A stretch of DNA of 64,000 bases from Macrostomum lignano (taxonomy: Eukaryota), in contig NIVC01000368.1 of the NCBI GenBank assembly GCA_002269645.1, positions 62,001 to 126,000 on the forward strand, read 5' to 3'. The position numbers and the translations under genes are program-made. Below are positions 11,895-24,420 of the stretch, piece after piece; position 1 is the stretch's first letter; each line of letters opens with the position of its first letter. The notes beneath the pieces were generated by a model. That model saw nothing but the letters and a program-made list of their open reading frames with translations, was not told the DNA's origin and ran no database searches.

Positions 11895-12385
11895 TTGGTG
11901 AATTTGAATTTCAAGAATTGGTGAATTTTAATTGCAAGAAGTGGTGAATTTGAATTTCAAGAATTAGTGAATTTGAATTTCAAGAACTGGTGGATTTGAA
12001 TTTCAAGAATTGGTGAATTTGAATTTCAAGAAGTGGTGAATTTGAATTTCAAGAATTGGTGAATTTGAATTTTAAGAAGTGGTGAATTTGAATTTCAAGA
12101 ATTGGTGAATTTGAATTTTAAGAAGTGGTGAATTGGAATTTCAAGAGTTGGTGAATTTCAATTTCAAGAAGTGGTGGATTTGAATTTCAAGAGTTGGTGA
12201 ATTTCAATTTCAAGAAGTGGTGGATTTGAATTTCAAGAGTTGGTGAATTTCAATTTCAAGAAGTGGTGGATTTGAATTTCAAGAGTTGGTGAATTTCAAT
12301 TTCAAGAAGTGGTGGATTTGAATTTCAAGAAGTGGTGAATTTGAATTTCAAGAATTGGTGAATTTCAATTTCAATAATTGGTGAA
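11895..12385. repeat. 23-bp minisatellite (GAATTGGTGAATTTGAATTTCAA)n
   Basis: Period 23 seen directly. Confidence 0.92.
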
Positions 12386-13306
12386 TGTAAAGTTCAAGGA
12401 CTGGTGAGTGTGAAAGCTTAGGAAATGGTGAATGTATTTTGTGAGCGTGAATTTCAGAGATTCATGAGCATAGATTTTATGGATTCGACAATCCATGAAA
12501 TTAAAAGTAACTGAAATTTCAAATACCTATGCGCAATGTCAAATCCAAACGCTCTGTGCTTAGCTGCTTTGACTGGCAACTATTTCATTGGCTTGGATTT
12601 TTCGAGGCGAATTGAAGCCAAGCAATAAACCTGGCCTACAACCCCCCCCCATTCTCTTTCGGGGGCCTGTATGCCTCTGCCCTCCTTGGCCCTCTCTCTC
12701 CTCATCTCTGCTTTTTTCTTCCGACTAACTCTGCGACTGGACCGCGTGTCTGTCTGCCTGTCTGTCTGCCTCCTCAAACAGTCGGCAGCAATATTTTAAC
12801 TGCTCAGGCGTTGCCGTAACTAGCAGCTATAATTCTTTCTATCTTCATCTCTTGTTAGTCTCTCTTTGAAGAGAGAGATTTTTCTCTGTCTAAGGCGTTT
12901 AAGCACCTCGCTCTGGTTAGAGCTGTGCGACACTTTTTGAGAGCAGATAGCAAACAAATTTCAGTCTTCTGGTGTGCTTTTTTGTTTTATTTTAATGGTC
13001 CAAAACTTATAGCTATATATTATAGTGGTTAAAAACTTTTTTGGCGGTATTTGGACCATCGTTTGATAATTTTGTCGTTGCTATAAAACGAAATTCTGCT
13101 TGGTGAGTATTTTATATTCCAGCTATCAAAGCATTTTTTCTGCGTTGCTGGCCACAGTTTTCGTTTTTTTTGTACTGCCGTTTGAAATTCCGCTGAGTTT
13201 GGAATTTATTGCATTGCATTGTAGTCTTGGTGTGCTCGTTTAGTGGTTTCTGAGCTGAAGTGGGTTACTGGGGTTGGTCCTGGCTGTCATGCCTGCCTTC
13301 CCACTG

Positions 13307-13343
<37 letters not shown>

Positions 13344-13350
13344 GCCTGCC

Positions 13351-13387
<37 letters not shown>

Positions 13388-13440
13388 GCCTGTGTGTGTG
13401 TGTGTCTGTCTGTCTGTCTGCCTGTGTGTGTGTGTGTGTC

Positions 13441-13483
<43 letters not shown>

Positions 13484-13498
13484 GCCTGTGTGTGTGTG

Positions 13499-13559
<61 letters not shown>

Positions 13560-13614
13560 TAGTGTCTGTCTGTCTGTCTGTCTGTCTGTCTTAGTGTCTG
13601 TCTGTCTGTCTGTC

Positions 13615-13653
<39 letters not shown>

Positions 13654-13690
13654 GCCTGCCTGTCTGTCTGTCTGTCTGTCTGTCTATCTG
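13307..13690. repeat. (TCTG)n/(TG)n microsatellite
   Basis: Seen directly. Confidence 0.95.
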
Positions 13691-14631
13691 TCTATGTGCC
13701 TGTCTGTTTTGTGTATGTCTGTCTGTTTGTCCGCCTTGGCTTCTTTAGTGTCTCTGGGTCTGCATTCGGTCTGTGTCTGTCTATGCCCGCCTGTCTGCCT
13801 CAGTCTCTTAGTTCCTGTATGCACCTGTCTACTGGTATGGGCCTGTCTGTCTATCCAGGCCATTACCATTCGTCTCAAATTCTTTAGCTTCTATTCAGCC
13901 CTATGGTGGCCCATGTGCTTTTCTAAAAAATCCATTTCAGCATACTCGCATGTTTGTGCATCCATTAACGATAATTGTAACGATAATTGCCACTAACTCC
14001 AGCTGTAGTCAAATTTCACATATTTCACTGTAATTTATTCTCTAGACGTCTACCGTTGAAACGCAGTGTCTTGTCCTGCATTACTTGTTTTTATATAGCA
14101 TCTCTATCGCTTTTTTTCATCGTTTTCATCTTTGCCGACTTCGTAATTGTTATGCATTTTTGCAAAGGTGCCAAAACGTGGTTTAAAACGATAACATAGC
14201 AAAATTATGCTGGGCCTTTACTGTTCTGCCCAAGGAATTTCCAAGAATCTAAGTGGAAATGAGCCACTTTTTCTAGGAATGATTTGCAGGCTTTAGAAAT
14301 GAACGGCCGGACAATGGCGGCGTGGGAATGATAATTAATTATTCTTTTTTTCCCACCGTCTTGCCAAATTAAGTATGCAAACTCATCAACAATATTGTAT
14401 GGTTGCTGCAGTGAGTCCCTCTACAGCTGGGGGTATAACGATAAATATTATTATATATTTGTTGCTTAGTATTGATTGGGAAACGGTTGCTTTATAATTA
14501 GATTGAATTCAATGTGGCACTTTTTATCTGCTTAGGTTTTTTATTATTAGACTATAAATATGATTTTCTGTCTGAATTGGAGCCAGGTTTTCTAGGATAG
14601 CAAATTGTTAGGTGAGTTAACGGCTGGATTT

Positions 14632-16585
14632 CTTGTGTTGGAACAGGTGGGTTTCTGTGTTGGATTTGGAACAGGTGGGATTCTGTGTTAGATTTGGAAC
14701 AGGTGGGTTTCTTGTGTTGGATTTGGAACAGGTGGGTTTCTGTGTTGGATTTGGAACAGGTGGGTTTCTTGTGTTGGATTTGGAACAGGTGGGTTTCTGT
14801 GTTGGATTTGGAACAGGTGGGTTTCTTGTGTTGGATTTGGAACAGGTGGGTTTCTGTGGTGGATTTGGAACAGGTGGGTTTCTGTGTTGGATTTGGAACA
14901 GGTGGGTTTCTTGTGTTGGATTTGGAACAGGTGGGTTTCTGTGGTGGATTTGGAACAGGTGGGTTTCTTGTGTTGGATTTGGAACAGGTGGGTTTCTGTG
15001 TTGGATTTAGAACCGGTAGGTTTCTGTGTTGGATTTGGAACAGGTGGGTTTCTTGTGCTAGATTTGGAACCGGTGGGATTCTTGTGCTAGATTTGGAACC
15101 GGTGGGATTCTTGTGCTAGATTTGGAACCGGTGGGATTCTTGTGCTAGATTTGGAACCGGTGGGATTCTTGTGCTAGATTTGGAACCGGTGGGATTCTTG
15201 TGCTAGATTTGGAACAGGTGGGATTCTTGTGCTAGATTTGGAACAGGTGGGATTCTTGTGCTAGATTTGGAACAGGTGGGATTCTTGTGCTAGATTTGGA
15301 ACAGGTGGGTTTGTTGTGTTGGAACAGGTGGGATTCTTGTGCTAGATTTGGAATAGGTGGGATTCTTGTGCTAGATTTGGAACAGGTGGGATTCTTGTGC
15401 TAGATTTGGAACAGGTGGGATTCTTGTGCTAGATTTGGAACAGGTGGGATTCTTGTGCTAGATTTGGAACCGGTGGGATTCTTGTGCTAGATTTGGAACA
15501 GGTGGGATTCTTGTGCTAGATTTGGAACAGGTGGGATTCTTGTGCTAGATTTGGAACAGGTGGGTTTCTTGTGCTAGATTTGGAACCGGTGGGATTCTTG
15601 TGCTAGATTTGGAACAGGTGGGATTCTTGTGCTAGATTTGGAACAGGTGGGATTCTTGTGCTAGATTTGGAACAGGTGGGATTCTTGTGCTAGATTTGGA
15701 ACAGGTGGGATTCTTGTGCTAGATTTGGAACCGGTGGGATTCTTGTGCTAGATTTGGAACAGGTGGGATTCTTGTGCTAGATTTGGAACCGGTGGGATTC
15801 TTGTGCTAGATTTGGAACAGGTGGGATTCTTGTGCTAGATTTGGAACAGGTGGGATTCTTGTGCTAGATTTGGAACAGGTGGGATTCTTGTGCTAGATTT
15901 GGAACAGGTGGGATTCTTGTGTTGGAACAGGTGGGATTCTTGTGCTAGATTTGGAATAGGTGGGATTCTTGTGCTAGATTTGGAACAGGTGGGATTCTTG
16001 TGCTAGATTTGGAACAGGTGGGATTCTTGTGCTAGATTTGGAACAGGTGGGATTCTTGTGTTGGAATAGGTGGGATTCTTGTGCTAGATTTGGAACCGGT
16101 GGGATTCTTGTGCTAGATTTGGAATAGGTGGGATTCTTGTGCTAGATTTGGAACCGGTGGGATTCTTGTGCTAGATTTGGAACCGGTGGGATTCTTGTGC
16201 TAGATTTGGAATAGGTGGGATTCTTGTGCTAGATTTGGAACAGGTGGGATTCTTGTGCTAGATTTGGAACAGGTGGGTTTCTGTGGTGGATTTGGAACAG
16301 GTGGGATTCTTGTGTTGGAACAGGTGGGATTCTTGTGTTGGAACAGGTGGGTTTCTGTGTTGGATTTAGAACAGCTGGGTTTCTGTGTTGGATTTAGAAC
16401 AGGTGGGTTTCTGTGTTGGATTTAGAACAGCTGGGTTTCTGTGTTGGATTTAGAACAGGTGGGTTTCTGTGTTGGAACAGCTGGGTTTCTCTGTGTTGGA
16501 ACAGGTGGTTTCTTGTGTTGGAACAGGTGGGATTCTTGTATTGAAAAAGCAAACAGGTGGGTTCTCTGTGTTGGAACAGGTGGGT
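14632..16585. repeat. 28-29-bp minisatellite (TTGGAACAGGTGGGATTCTTGTGCTAGAT)n, about 2 kb, upstream of the nuclear receptor
   Basis: About 65 tandem copies; the variant core is more homogeneous than the flanks. Confidence 0.95.
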
Positions 16586-16759
16586 TATTTGTAAAGGCCA
16601 AGTGGATAGCCTATAGACTTTGTTTGCTCTAACGTGCAAGCTTTTAATAACGTGATGTTGCCTATGATAATTCTTCAATTGATTTGCTCTTTAGTTGCCG
16701 CATTCTATCCGTAAATATCCGATCAGGCAAAACGAAAGTCCACATCAACAACATCAGCC

Positions 16760-19700
16760 ATGTACTCTGCCTCAGTATCCTCTTCATCAACATCATCTTT
16801 GGTGTCTCCCGCCGCTGCCGCCTCCAACGCGACCTCCACCGCAGCCGCTGCCACCGGCGCCACTGCGGAAGACTCGCCGTTCTCGGCGTTCAATGGCACC
16901 GAACAAAGCACCGCTGCTGCTGCCGGTGCTAGTGGCCTTGGCAGAGCGTCTTCACCAGATACGAGCCAGTCAGCTTCCGAGTCGGCAGCTTCTGCGGCTG
17001 CGGACTCGGTCGTCGGGCCCAGATCTCCGCACAGGAAGCGCCGCTACAAGATGCAGCTAAGCCAGCCTCTCGACCAGTACAGGTGTCACGTTTGCGGCGA
17101 CAAAGCTCTGGGGTTTAATTTTGACGCGGTCACCTGCGAGTCTTGCAAGGCGTTTTTTCGGCGCAACGCGTTCAAGAATATGGTATGGATTGCTTTGATT
17201 GATTTGATTGATTTATTGATTGACAGCTGTTATATAGGAGTTACCAGCTTTTTTTAAGAATCAGGGATGCCGTAGCGTATGGTCACTGATGGATTAGGTA
17301 GGGGGTCATGGGAGGATCAGGGAGGGGTCACTGATGGATTAGAGAGGGGGTCACTGAAAAATCAGGGAGGGGGTCACGGAAGGATTAGGGAGGGGGTCAC
17401 GGAAGGATTAGGGAGGGGGTCACGGAAGGATTAGGGAGGGGGTCACGGAAGGATTAGGGAGGGGGTCACGGAAGGATTAGGGAGGGGGTCACGGAAGGAT
17501 CGCTGCAGTGGGTCATGGAAGGATCAGGAAGAGGATAGCATGAAAGATATACTGAGATTCTACTCTACCCATTCCAAGTCCAAGCCAGCTGTATAATGCA
17601 TTAACGTCGCGTATTTTCACTACCACCGCAGGATATGAAGTGCAATTTTAGCGGCAGCTGTTCGATCTCCATCAATACTCGAAAATTCTGCTCACCCTGC
17701 CGATTAAAGAAGTGCTTACCTTATCGGCATGAAGAAGGAGTTGATACTAAGTAAGACTTATTTATGATCTTTTAAAACAGTAACTATTTTTAGTTTTCTA
17801 AAAAGTTAAGTACGTGTTTACGTCGTCTCGGCTTCCTTCTACCCCTGATTATTTAGACTTAGACTCGACCTCCCTCTACCCCCTATGTACATTCCCTCTA
17901 CTCTGCTCTACCCCCTACCCCCAATGTACATTCCATGGACTCGCTTCCTCCTTCTACCCCCCAATATACATTTCCTAGACTCGCCCCTCACCCCCTATAC
18001 CCCTATGTACATTCCCAAGACTCGCTTCTCCCTTCTACCCCTAATGTACATTTCCTAGACTCGCCCTACCCCTTACCCCCAATGTACATTCCCTAGACTC
18101 GCCCCTACCCCTACCCCCGAATGGACATCCCTCGCCTCGCGTCTCCCTCCAACTCTACCCCTAATATACATTCCCTAGGCTCGCCTCTCCCTCTAACTCC
18201 ACCTACCCCTAATGTACATCCCCTAGACTTGCTTCTCCCTTTTACCCCCAGTGTACATTTCCGAGACCCTCTACCTGTGCCATGCACACCCCAATCGTCA
18301 CCCCATCGCCAATCGCAGACGAGTCGCAGCTGCAACAGCGCAGGCAGAAGACGCTCTGCAACCGCAATCGCCGCTACGTGACCACCGCAACGACAGCCTC
18401 GGCTTCGCCTATCAGTCGTCAGTCATCGACGACTGGCGATCCAGGACGGCGCTCTGTGTGCGCCTACAAACTCGAGGAGTCAAGCTTCTATCCGGACGAG
18501 ACGGCTTTGAGTGAGCCCAGCGTTGAGCCGCCTCAGCGGCCGACTGTGCTCACGCTGCTAGAAGAGTGCTCAGATGGATTAGCTTCATCTAGTAGCGAGT
18601 GCAGCTGGGACTTGTACCGCCCTCTGAGTGACACCTGCACCCAACTGATGGAGGGCATTCGAGTCAGCTTGGATAACGTTGTTAATAACGTTAACGAGAC
18701 CGACTCTGAGCAGATTAGCAGCACTGCTACCGACAAGGCCACTTCTTTGGAAATGCCCTTCACTATCACCCTGAGCTTTGTCCAGCGGTTTGTCAGCTTT
18801 GTGAAATGCCTGCCAGAGTTTAACTACATCGATATGGATGACAGGGTCAATTTGATAAAGGTGAGCTGCGTATGGTTGCGGGTTGTGATTGGCTAGATTA
18901 GCAATCCATGTTCTATTCCTATTAATCACCTGTAATTGACTAGATTATCAATCCATATTCTATTCCTATTAATCACCTGTGATTGGCTAGATTAGCAATC
19001 CATTATTCTATTCCTATTAATCACCTGTGATTGGCTAGATTAGCAATCCATATTCTATTCCTATTAATCACCTGTCATTGGCTAAATTAGCAATCCATAT
19101 TCTATTCCTTTTAATCATGTGATTGGCTAGATTAGCAATCCATATTCTATTCCTTTCAATTATGTGATTGGCTAGATTAGCAATCCCTATTTTTGTTCAC
19201 GGGCTCTCGTTGGAACAACTTGTTGTTGATCTGTTTTCATGTACATAATGTACTTTATACGAGATGCTAGGTTACGCCCAAATAGTGTTTTTCTATATGT
19301 AGCCCACATGCTGCCTCAATGCTTCAGTGCAAATTATGCATAACTGTAGCCTGTGCATGCAGATTTGCCCAATGACCACATGCTGCGTCTGTTATGCAGT
19401 TAATTGGCTTCTGTTCAATTCTGCCGCCTCAGCTGCTGCCCGCCTTATTTTGAGTCTGTCAAAGTCTCCCGCGCAGTTGCTGGGCTGCAAATTCTTCAAT
19501 CTTTAATCCTTTCTACTACAGCTCTTTGTGCTCAAGCTGTTTTGGGCGGGGGGGGGAATGAGCGATTTGCTTCTTGATTCTCTGCTTTGCTTTTTTGCAA
19601 TTTCTTTATTTATTTTCTTTCTGCTTGATGCCTGAGATCATCTCTTATCACAGCTTCTTTTACTTCTCCATCTTAATCTGTGCGCACCCTGGCGCAATTT

Positions 19701-19841
19701 TTGTCCAGGCGAGAGGCCCTGCCAGTTTGCGTCCTGTAGAATAAGTCTGACAGATCACACAAGTGTCTGTCTTTTTTTATCGTTTCGGTCTGTCTTTTGT
19801 GCGTCTTTCTGTCTGTCTGTCTGTCTGCCTGTCTGTCTGCC

Positions 19842-19890
<49 letters not shown>

Positions 19891-20892
19891 GCCTGTCTGT
19901 CTGCCTGTCTGTCTGTCCTGTCTGTCTGTCTGTCTGTCTGTCTGCCTGCCTGTCTGTCTGTCTGAGAGTCTGTCTGCCTGTCTGTCTGTCTGTCTGTCTG
20001 AGAGTCTGTCTGCCTGTCTGTCTGAGAGTCTGTCTGTCTGTCTGTCTATCCGTCCTTAGCGCAGCAGTAAATTGCTTTTACAGTACAATTTATTTTCAGA
20101 AATCTCAGCAAACTGCGCATTATCAATTTGCAATATTTTCGGGCCGACTGGCCAAAGAGGCCAGTCTGCTGCAGCACAATTTTGACTTGAAACCTGCGCC
20201 ATTTCTGTTGGTCATTTAGTGTCCCTTATTCATCTCTGGGTTGCTTTAACAACCCGAAAGCACATACGCCCAGAACCATCCCTTTAGCTTTTTTATCTAG
20301 TATAAGTTTAGAAGGTATAGTATATGATTATATCATTTCGGACTGCCCTAGAAGGTAAAAGTCCAGGAGTTTACAGATTTTTTTACTTCCAAACATGGAG
20401 GCGGCTGTCTGGGTGTCTGAAATATTCTGAGAGCTTTGTTATCAAGCAGAATATTTGTTTTCGTTTTTTACCCTTTGTCAATGCACTAATTTATTGTTTG
20501 CTAGCATAGGAATTCCCCGCGAAAATGATGTATATGAATGAATGTCTAACATTCGCAGCGCCTGGTGATTATTTACAACTGTCTGGTTGGGCAACACCTA
20601 ACTAAATTACTATCTAGAAAAGATTTCGAAATTTTTAACTGTTAGGAAAAGGTAGGGGGCGGAGAGAGATGAGGCAGCAGCTGCCCATGCCTCAGGCCGA
20701 CGCCTCTCTGCGAAAATCATGGCCGGCCCGTTTCAGATTTCCCTCACGTTGCCTTCGATTTTTGCTCTGTGTTTTTATTGCTGCTTTTTTACGGGACTGC
20801 CACTGCCCTTTTGAATTTGTGTCCGTCTGTCTGTCCTTCTGTCTGTCTGTCTGTCTGTCTGTCTGCCTGTCCGTCTGTCTGTCTGCCTGTAT

Positions 20893-20927
<35 letters not shown>

Positions 20928-20928
20928 T

Positions 20929-20962
<34 letters not shown>

Positions 20963-21091
20963 CTGCCTGTCCTTCTGTCTGTCTGTCTGTCTGCCTTCCT
21001 GTCTGTCTGTCTGTCTGCCTGTCCTTCTGTCTGTCTGTCTGTCTGCCTTCCCGTCTTTCTGTCTGTCTGTCTGTCCGTCTGTCTGTCTGTA

Positions 21092-21176
<85 letters not shown>

Positions 21177-21220
21177 GCCTTCCTGTCTGTCTGTCTGTCT
21201 GTCCGTCTGTCTGTCTGTCC

Positions 21221-21282
<62 letters not shown>

Positions 21283-21397
21283 AACTCTGTCTGTCTGTCT
21301 GTCTGTCTTTCCGTCTGTCTGTCTGTCTGTCTTTCCGTCTGTCTGTCTGTCTGTCTGTCTTTCTGTCTGTCTGTCGGTCTGTCTGTCTGCCTGTCTT

Positions 21398-21428
<31 letters not shown>

Positions 21429-23632
21429 TTCTGTCTGTCTCCCTGCCTGTCCTTCTGTCTGTCTGTCTCCCTGCCTGTCCTTCCGTCTGTCTGTCTGTCT
21501 GTCTGTATTTCTGTCTGTCTGTCTGCCTATTCGTCTTTCTGTCTTAGTGTCCGTTTATCCGTCCTTCTGTCTGTCTGCCTGTCTGTCTTTCTGTCTTAGT
21601 GTCTTTCTGTCTGTCTGTCTGTCTTCTCATCGTCGGGCAGTGTAGACACTTCTTAGTGTTGGGCCCTCCTCGCTTTTCGCATCTAGATTTAGTTCACTAT
21701 ACTACTTTTCCTGAACAGTAGTACGGTATGCAGTCACTGCCAATAAAGCTCCATACCAACACCCAGGGCGGCGTGTTCCACTTCATACTGATGCGCGGCG
21801 TTGCCATATACAATCCCGAGCTGGACAGCTTCACCTTCCTGTCCAAGGCGTCTAGCGGCCACCGGCACTCGGTGCCTCTGGCTGCCCTCACGCAGGCTCT
21901 GTCGGCCTACCCGAGCGGTCAGCAGCTGGTCGAGCGCTATCGACGCTTCATCATCGGCTATCATCGGGCCAGCTCTGGTGACCAGATGGCGCTCACCCTG
22001 CTGCAGCTGATTGAGTTCTATAATCCGTCCCGGCCTCTGCTGCGAAATATGCACCGGATTGACCGGATTCAGGCTGGCTATATAATGCTGCTGAAGAGGT
22101 GAGTGAGCGGGGGGGTTGTGAGTTCAGTGAATATGCGATTCACTGGGTGGACAAATTAGTGAATATGTGATTTAGTGATTCAGTGAGTGAACCTGTGATT
22201 CACTCACTGATTCACTCAGGGGTCTACGACAATTGACTGCCAACAAAATGACTGCCAGAAAAATGATGCTCCTAAAGTTTAGCACTCGTGAACTTGTGAT
22301 TGTGATTTATGATTCGTGAACTTGTGATTGTGATTTGTGATTCTTGAACTTGTGATTGTGATTTGTGATTCGTGAACTTGTGATTCGGTGAGTTAGTGAA
22401 CCTGTGATTCGGTGAGTTAGTAAACTTGTGATTTAGTGAGTTAGTGAACATGTGATTCAGTGTGTGAGTGAACATGTGATTCAGTGAGTTAGTGAACATG
22501 TGATTCAGTGAGTGAGTGAACCTGTGATTCAGTGAGTTAGTGAACCTGTGATTCAGTGACTGAGTTAGTGAACCTGTGATTCAGTGAGTGAGTGAACCTG
22601 TGATTCAGTGAGTTAGTGAATCTGTGATTCAGTGAGTGAGTGAACCTGTGATTTGGTGAGTGAGTGAACCTGTGATTCGGTGAGTGAGTGAACCTGTGAT
22701 TCGGTGAGTTAGTGAACATGTGATTCAGTGAGTTAGTGAAGCTGTGATTCAGTGAGTGAGTGAACCTGTGATTCGGTGAGTGAGTGAACCTGTGATTCGG
22801 TGAGTGAGTGAACCTGTGATTCGGTGAGTGAGTGAACCTGTGATTCGGTGAGTGAGTGAACCTGTGATTCGGTGAGTTAGTGAACATGTGATTCAGTGAG
22901 TGAGTGAACCTGTGATTCAGTTAGTTAGTGAACATGTGATTCAGTGAGTGAGTGAACCTGTGATTCAGTGAGTGAATGAACCTGTGATTCAGTGAGTTAG
23001 TGAACATGTGATTTAGTGAGTTAGTGAACCTGTGATTCAGTGAGTGAATGAACCTGTGATTCAGTGAGTTAGTGAACATGTGATTTAGTGAGTTAGTGAA
23101 CCTGTGATTCAGTGAGTGAGTGAACCTGTGATTCAGTGACTGAGTGAATGCTAGCAGCAGCCATCTCCAGCCGCAAGCCCCTGCTCGGCACCGCAGGCAC
23201 ATCGAGAGCGTGCAGCCCACCCAGCAGGCCCGCCGCGTGTTCTTCGACCTGATGAACCGGCTGAGCGAGCTGGACAGCATCGCCACGGACTTCAGCCAAC
23301 TCTGCCACGTTGTCGGCTTCCGCTGCGAAGAGCTGAACCCCCTGCTGTTGGAGATCTTCGAGCTGTCCAACGGCAGGCCCGGAGATTCCAGGCCATCGTC
23401 TCTGTTCGACCAGCCGCCTCCGCCTCCGCCGCCGCCGCCGCCGCCGCCCCCGCCTCCCTACACAATGCGGGACTTTCATCAGCACCATCAGCAGCTGTAC
23501 GCTGCGGCTGCGACCTTCTTTCATCAGCAGCAACAGCCGCCCCTACAGCCGGCGCCCCATCACCAGCCCCAGCATCATCGCCAGCATCAGAGAAGTCATT
23601 ATTTCAAATGCGAGCCAACTGTGCCCAGGTGA
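16760..23632 (+). CDS. Nuclear receptor, NR1J (HR96/DAF-12/NHR-8-like) group; 5 exons; 1-nt frameshift in exon 2 as assembled
   Basis: Exons 16760-17182, 17632-17750, 18319-18860, 21767-22098, 23197-23632, all GT-AG. Zinc finger 1 CHVC...[10 protein letters not shown] (ESCKA P-box typical of NR1J). Zinc finger 2 CNFSGSC...CSPCRLKKC, then [12 protein letters not shown] motifs [23 protein letters not shown]; AF-2 PLLLEIFEL. About 616 aa after correcting the indel. AATAAA right after the stop. Confidence 0.88.
17290..17525. repeat. 23-bp G-rich minisatellite in NR intron 1
   Basis: GGAAGGATTAGGGAGGGGGTCAC units. Confidence 0.88.
17860..18270. repeat. Degenerate C-rich minisatellite (CCCCAATGTACATTCCCTAGACTCG) in NR intron 2
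   Basis: Repeating cccaatgtaca core. Confidence 0.8.
18885..19190. repeat. 47-bp minisatellite in NR intron 3
   Basis: TTCCTATTAATCACCTGTGATTGGCTAGATTAGCAATCCATATTCTA, about 6 copies. Confidence 0.9.
19808..20050. repeat. (TCTG)n microsatellite
   Basis: Seen directly. Confidence 0.95.
20820..21625. repeat. (TCTG)n microsatellite
   Basis: Seen directly. Confidence 0.95.
22285..23146. repeat. 24-bp minisatellite (GTGAACCTGTGATTCAGTGAGTTA)n in NR intron 4
   Basis: Period 24; gives the FTHSPNHR repeat ORFs. Confidence 0.93.
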
Positions 23633-24024
23633 AATAAAAACATTAGCTGCAAACTATCATTTATCACTATTGATATCGTGTGTAAGAACTTGTTCATAAA
23701 ATCAACAACAACTTATAAAATTCGTATGTGTGGATCGATATTAATTGATTTTGTGTCCTGTGTCGTATTTTTGTAAATATTACTATACCGGTACATGCTA
23801 AATGTTGTTTCTAAGAACTAGCTTCTATATTCAGCTTTGTAATTGTAGTTTTAATATTATTAAATATCGCGGTAAATAACTTCTACCATTTTTTATTTTA
23901 GTCTGTCATACTTTGTTTTCTTTGTTGTGCAATTTTGTGTAGCTTTTTGCCGATTTATTTTGTTATAGTTTTTTGTTATATAGCTTGTAGTAGTATAGTT
24001 TGCGTACAATCTGCTGGCTTAAAG

Positions 24025-24420
24025 TACACCCACCCTCATCCAAACCTCTAACCTCCAATGTTACACTCACCCCCATCCAAATCTCTAACCCCCAATGTGC
24101 ACTCAACTCCCATCCAAATCTCTAACCCCCAATGTACACTCACCCCCATCCAAATCTCTAACCCCCAATGTACACTCACCCCCATCCAAATCTCTAACCC
24201 CCAATGTACACTCACCCCCATCCAAATCTCTAACCCCCAATGTACACTCAACTCCAGTCCAAATCTCTAACCTCCAATGTTACACTCACCCCCATCCAAA
24301 TCTCTAACCCCCAATGTACACTCAACCCCCTCCAAACCTCTAACCCCCAATGTACACTCACACCCTCAACCTCTAACCCCCAATGTACACTCGCCCTAAT
24401 CCAACCCTCTAACCCCAGTT
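24025..24420. repeat. 36-bp minisatellite (CCAAATCTCTAACCCCCAATGTACACTCACCCCCAT)n
   Basis: Period 36 seen directly. Confidence 0.92.

Noticed and set aside
14632-16585. 28-29-bp repeat array superficially like a CRISPR array
   Set aside because: Head-to-tail tandem units with no unique spacers, no cas genes, and a eukaryotic context.
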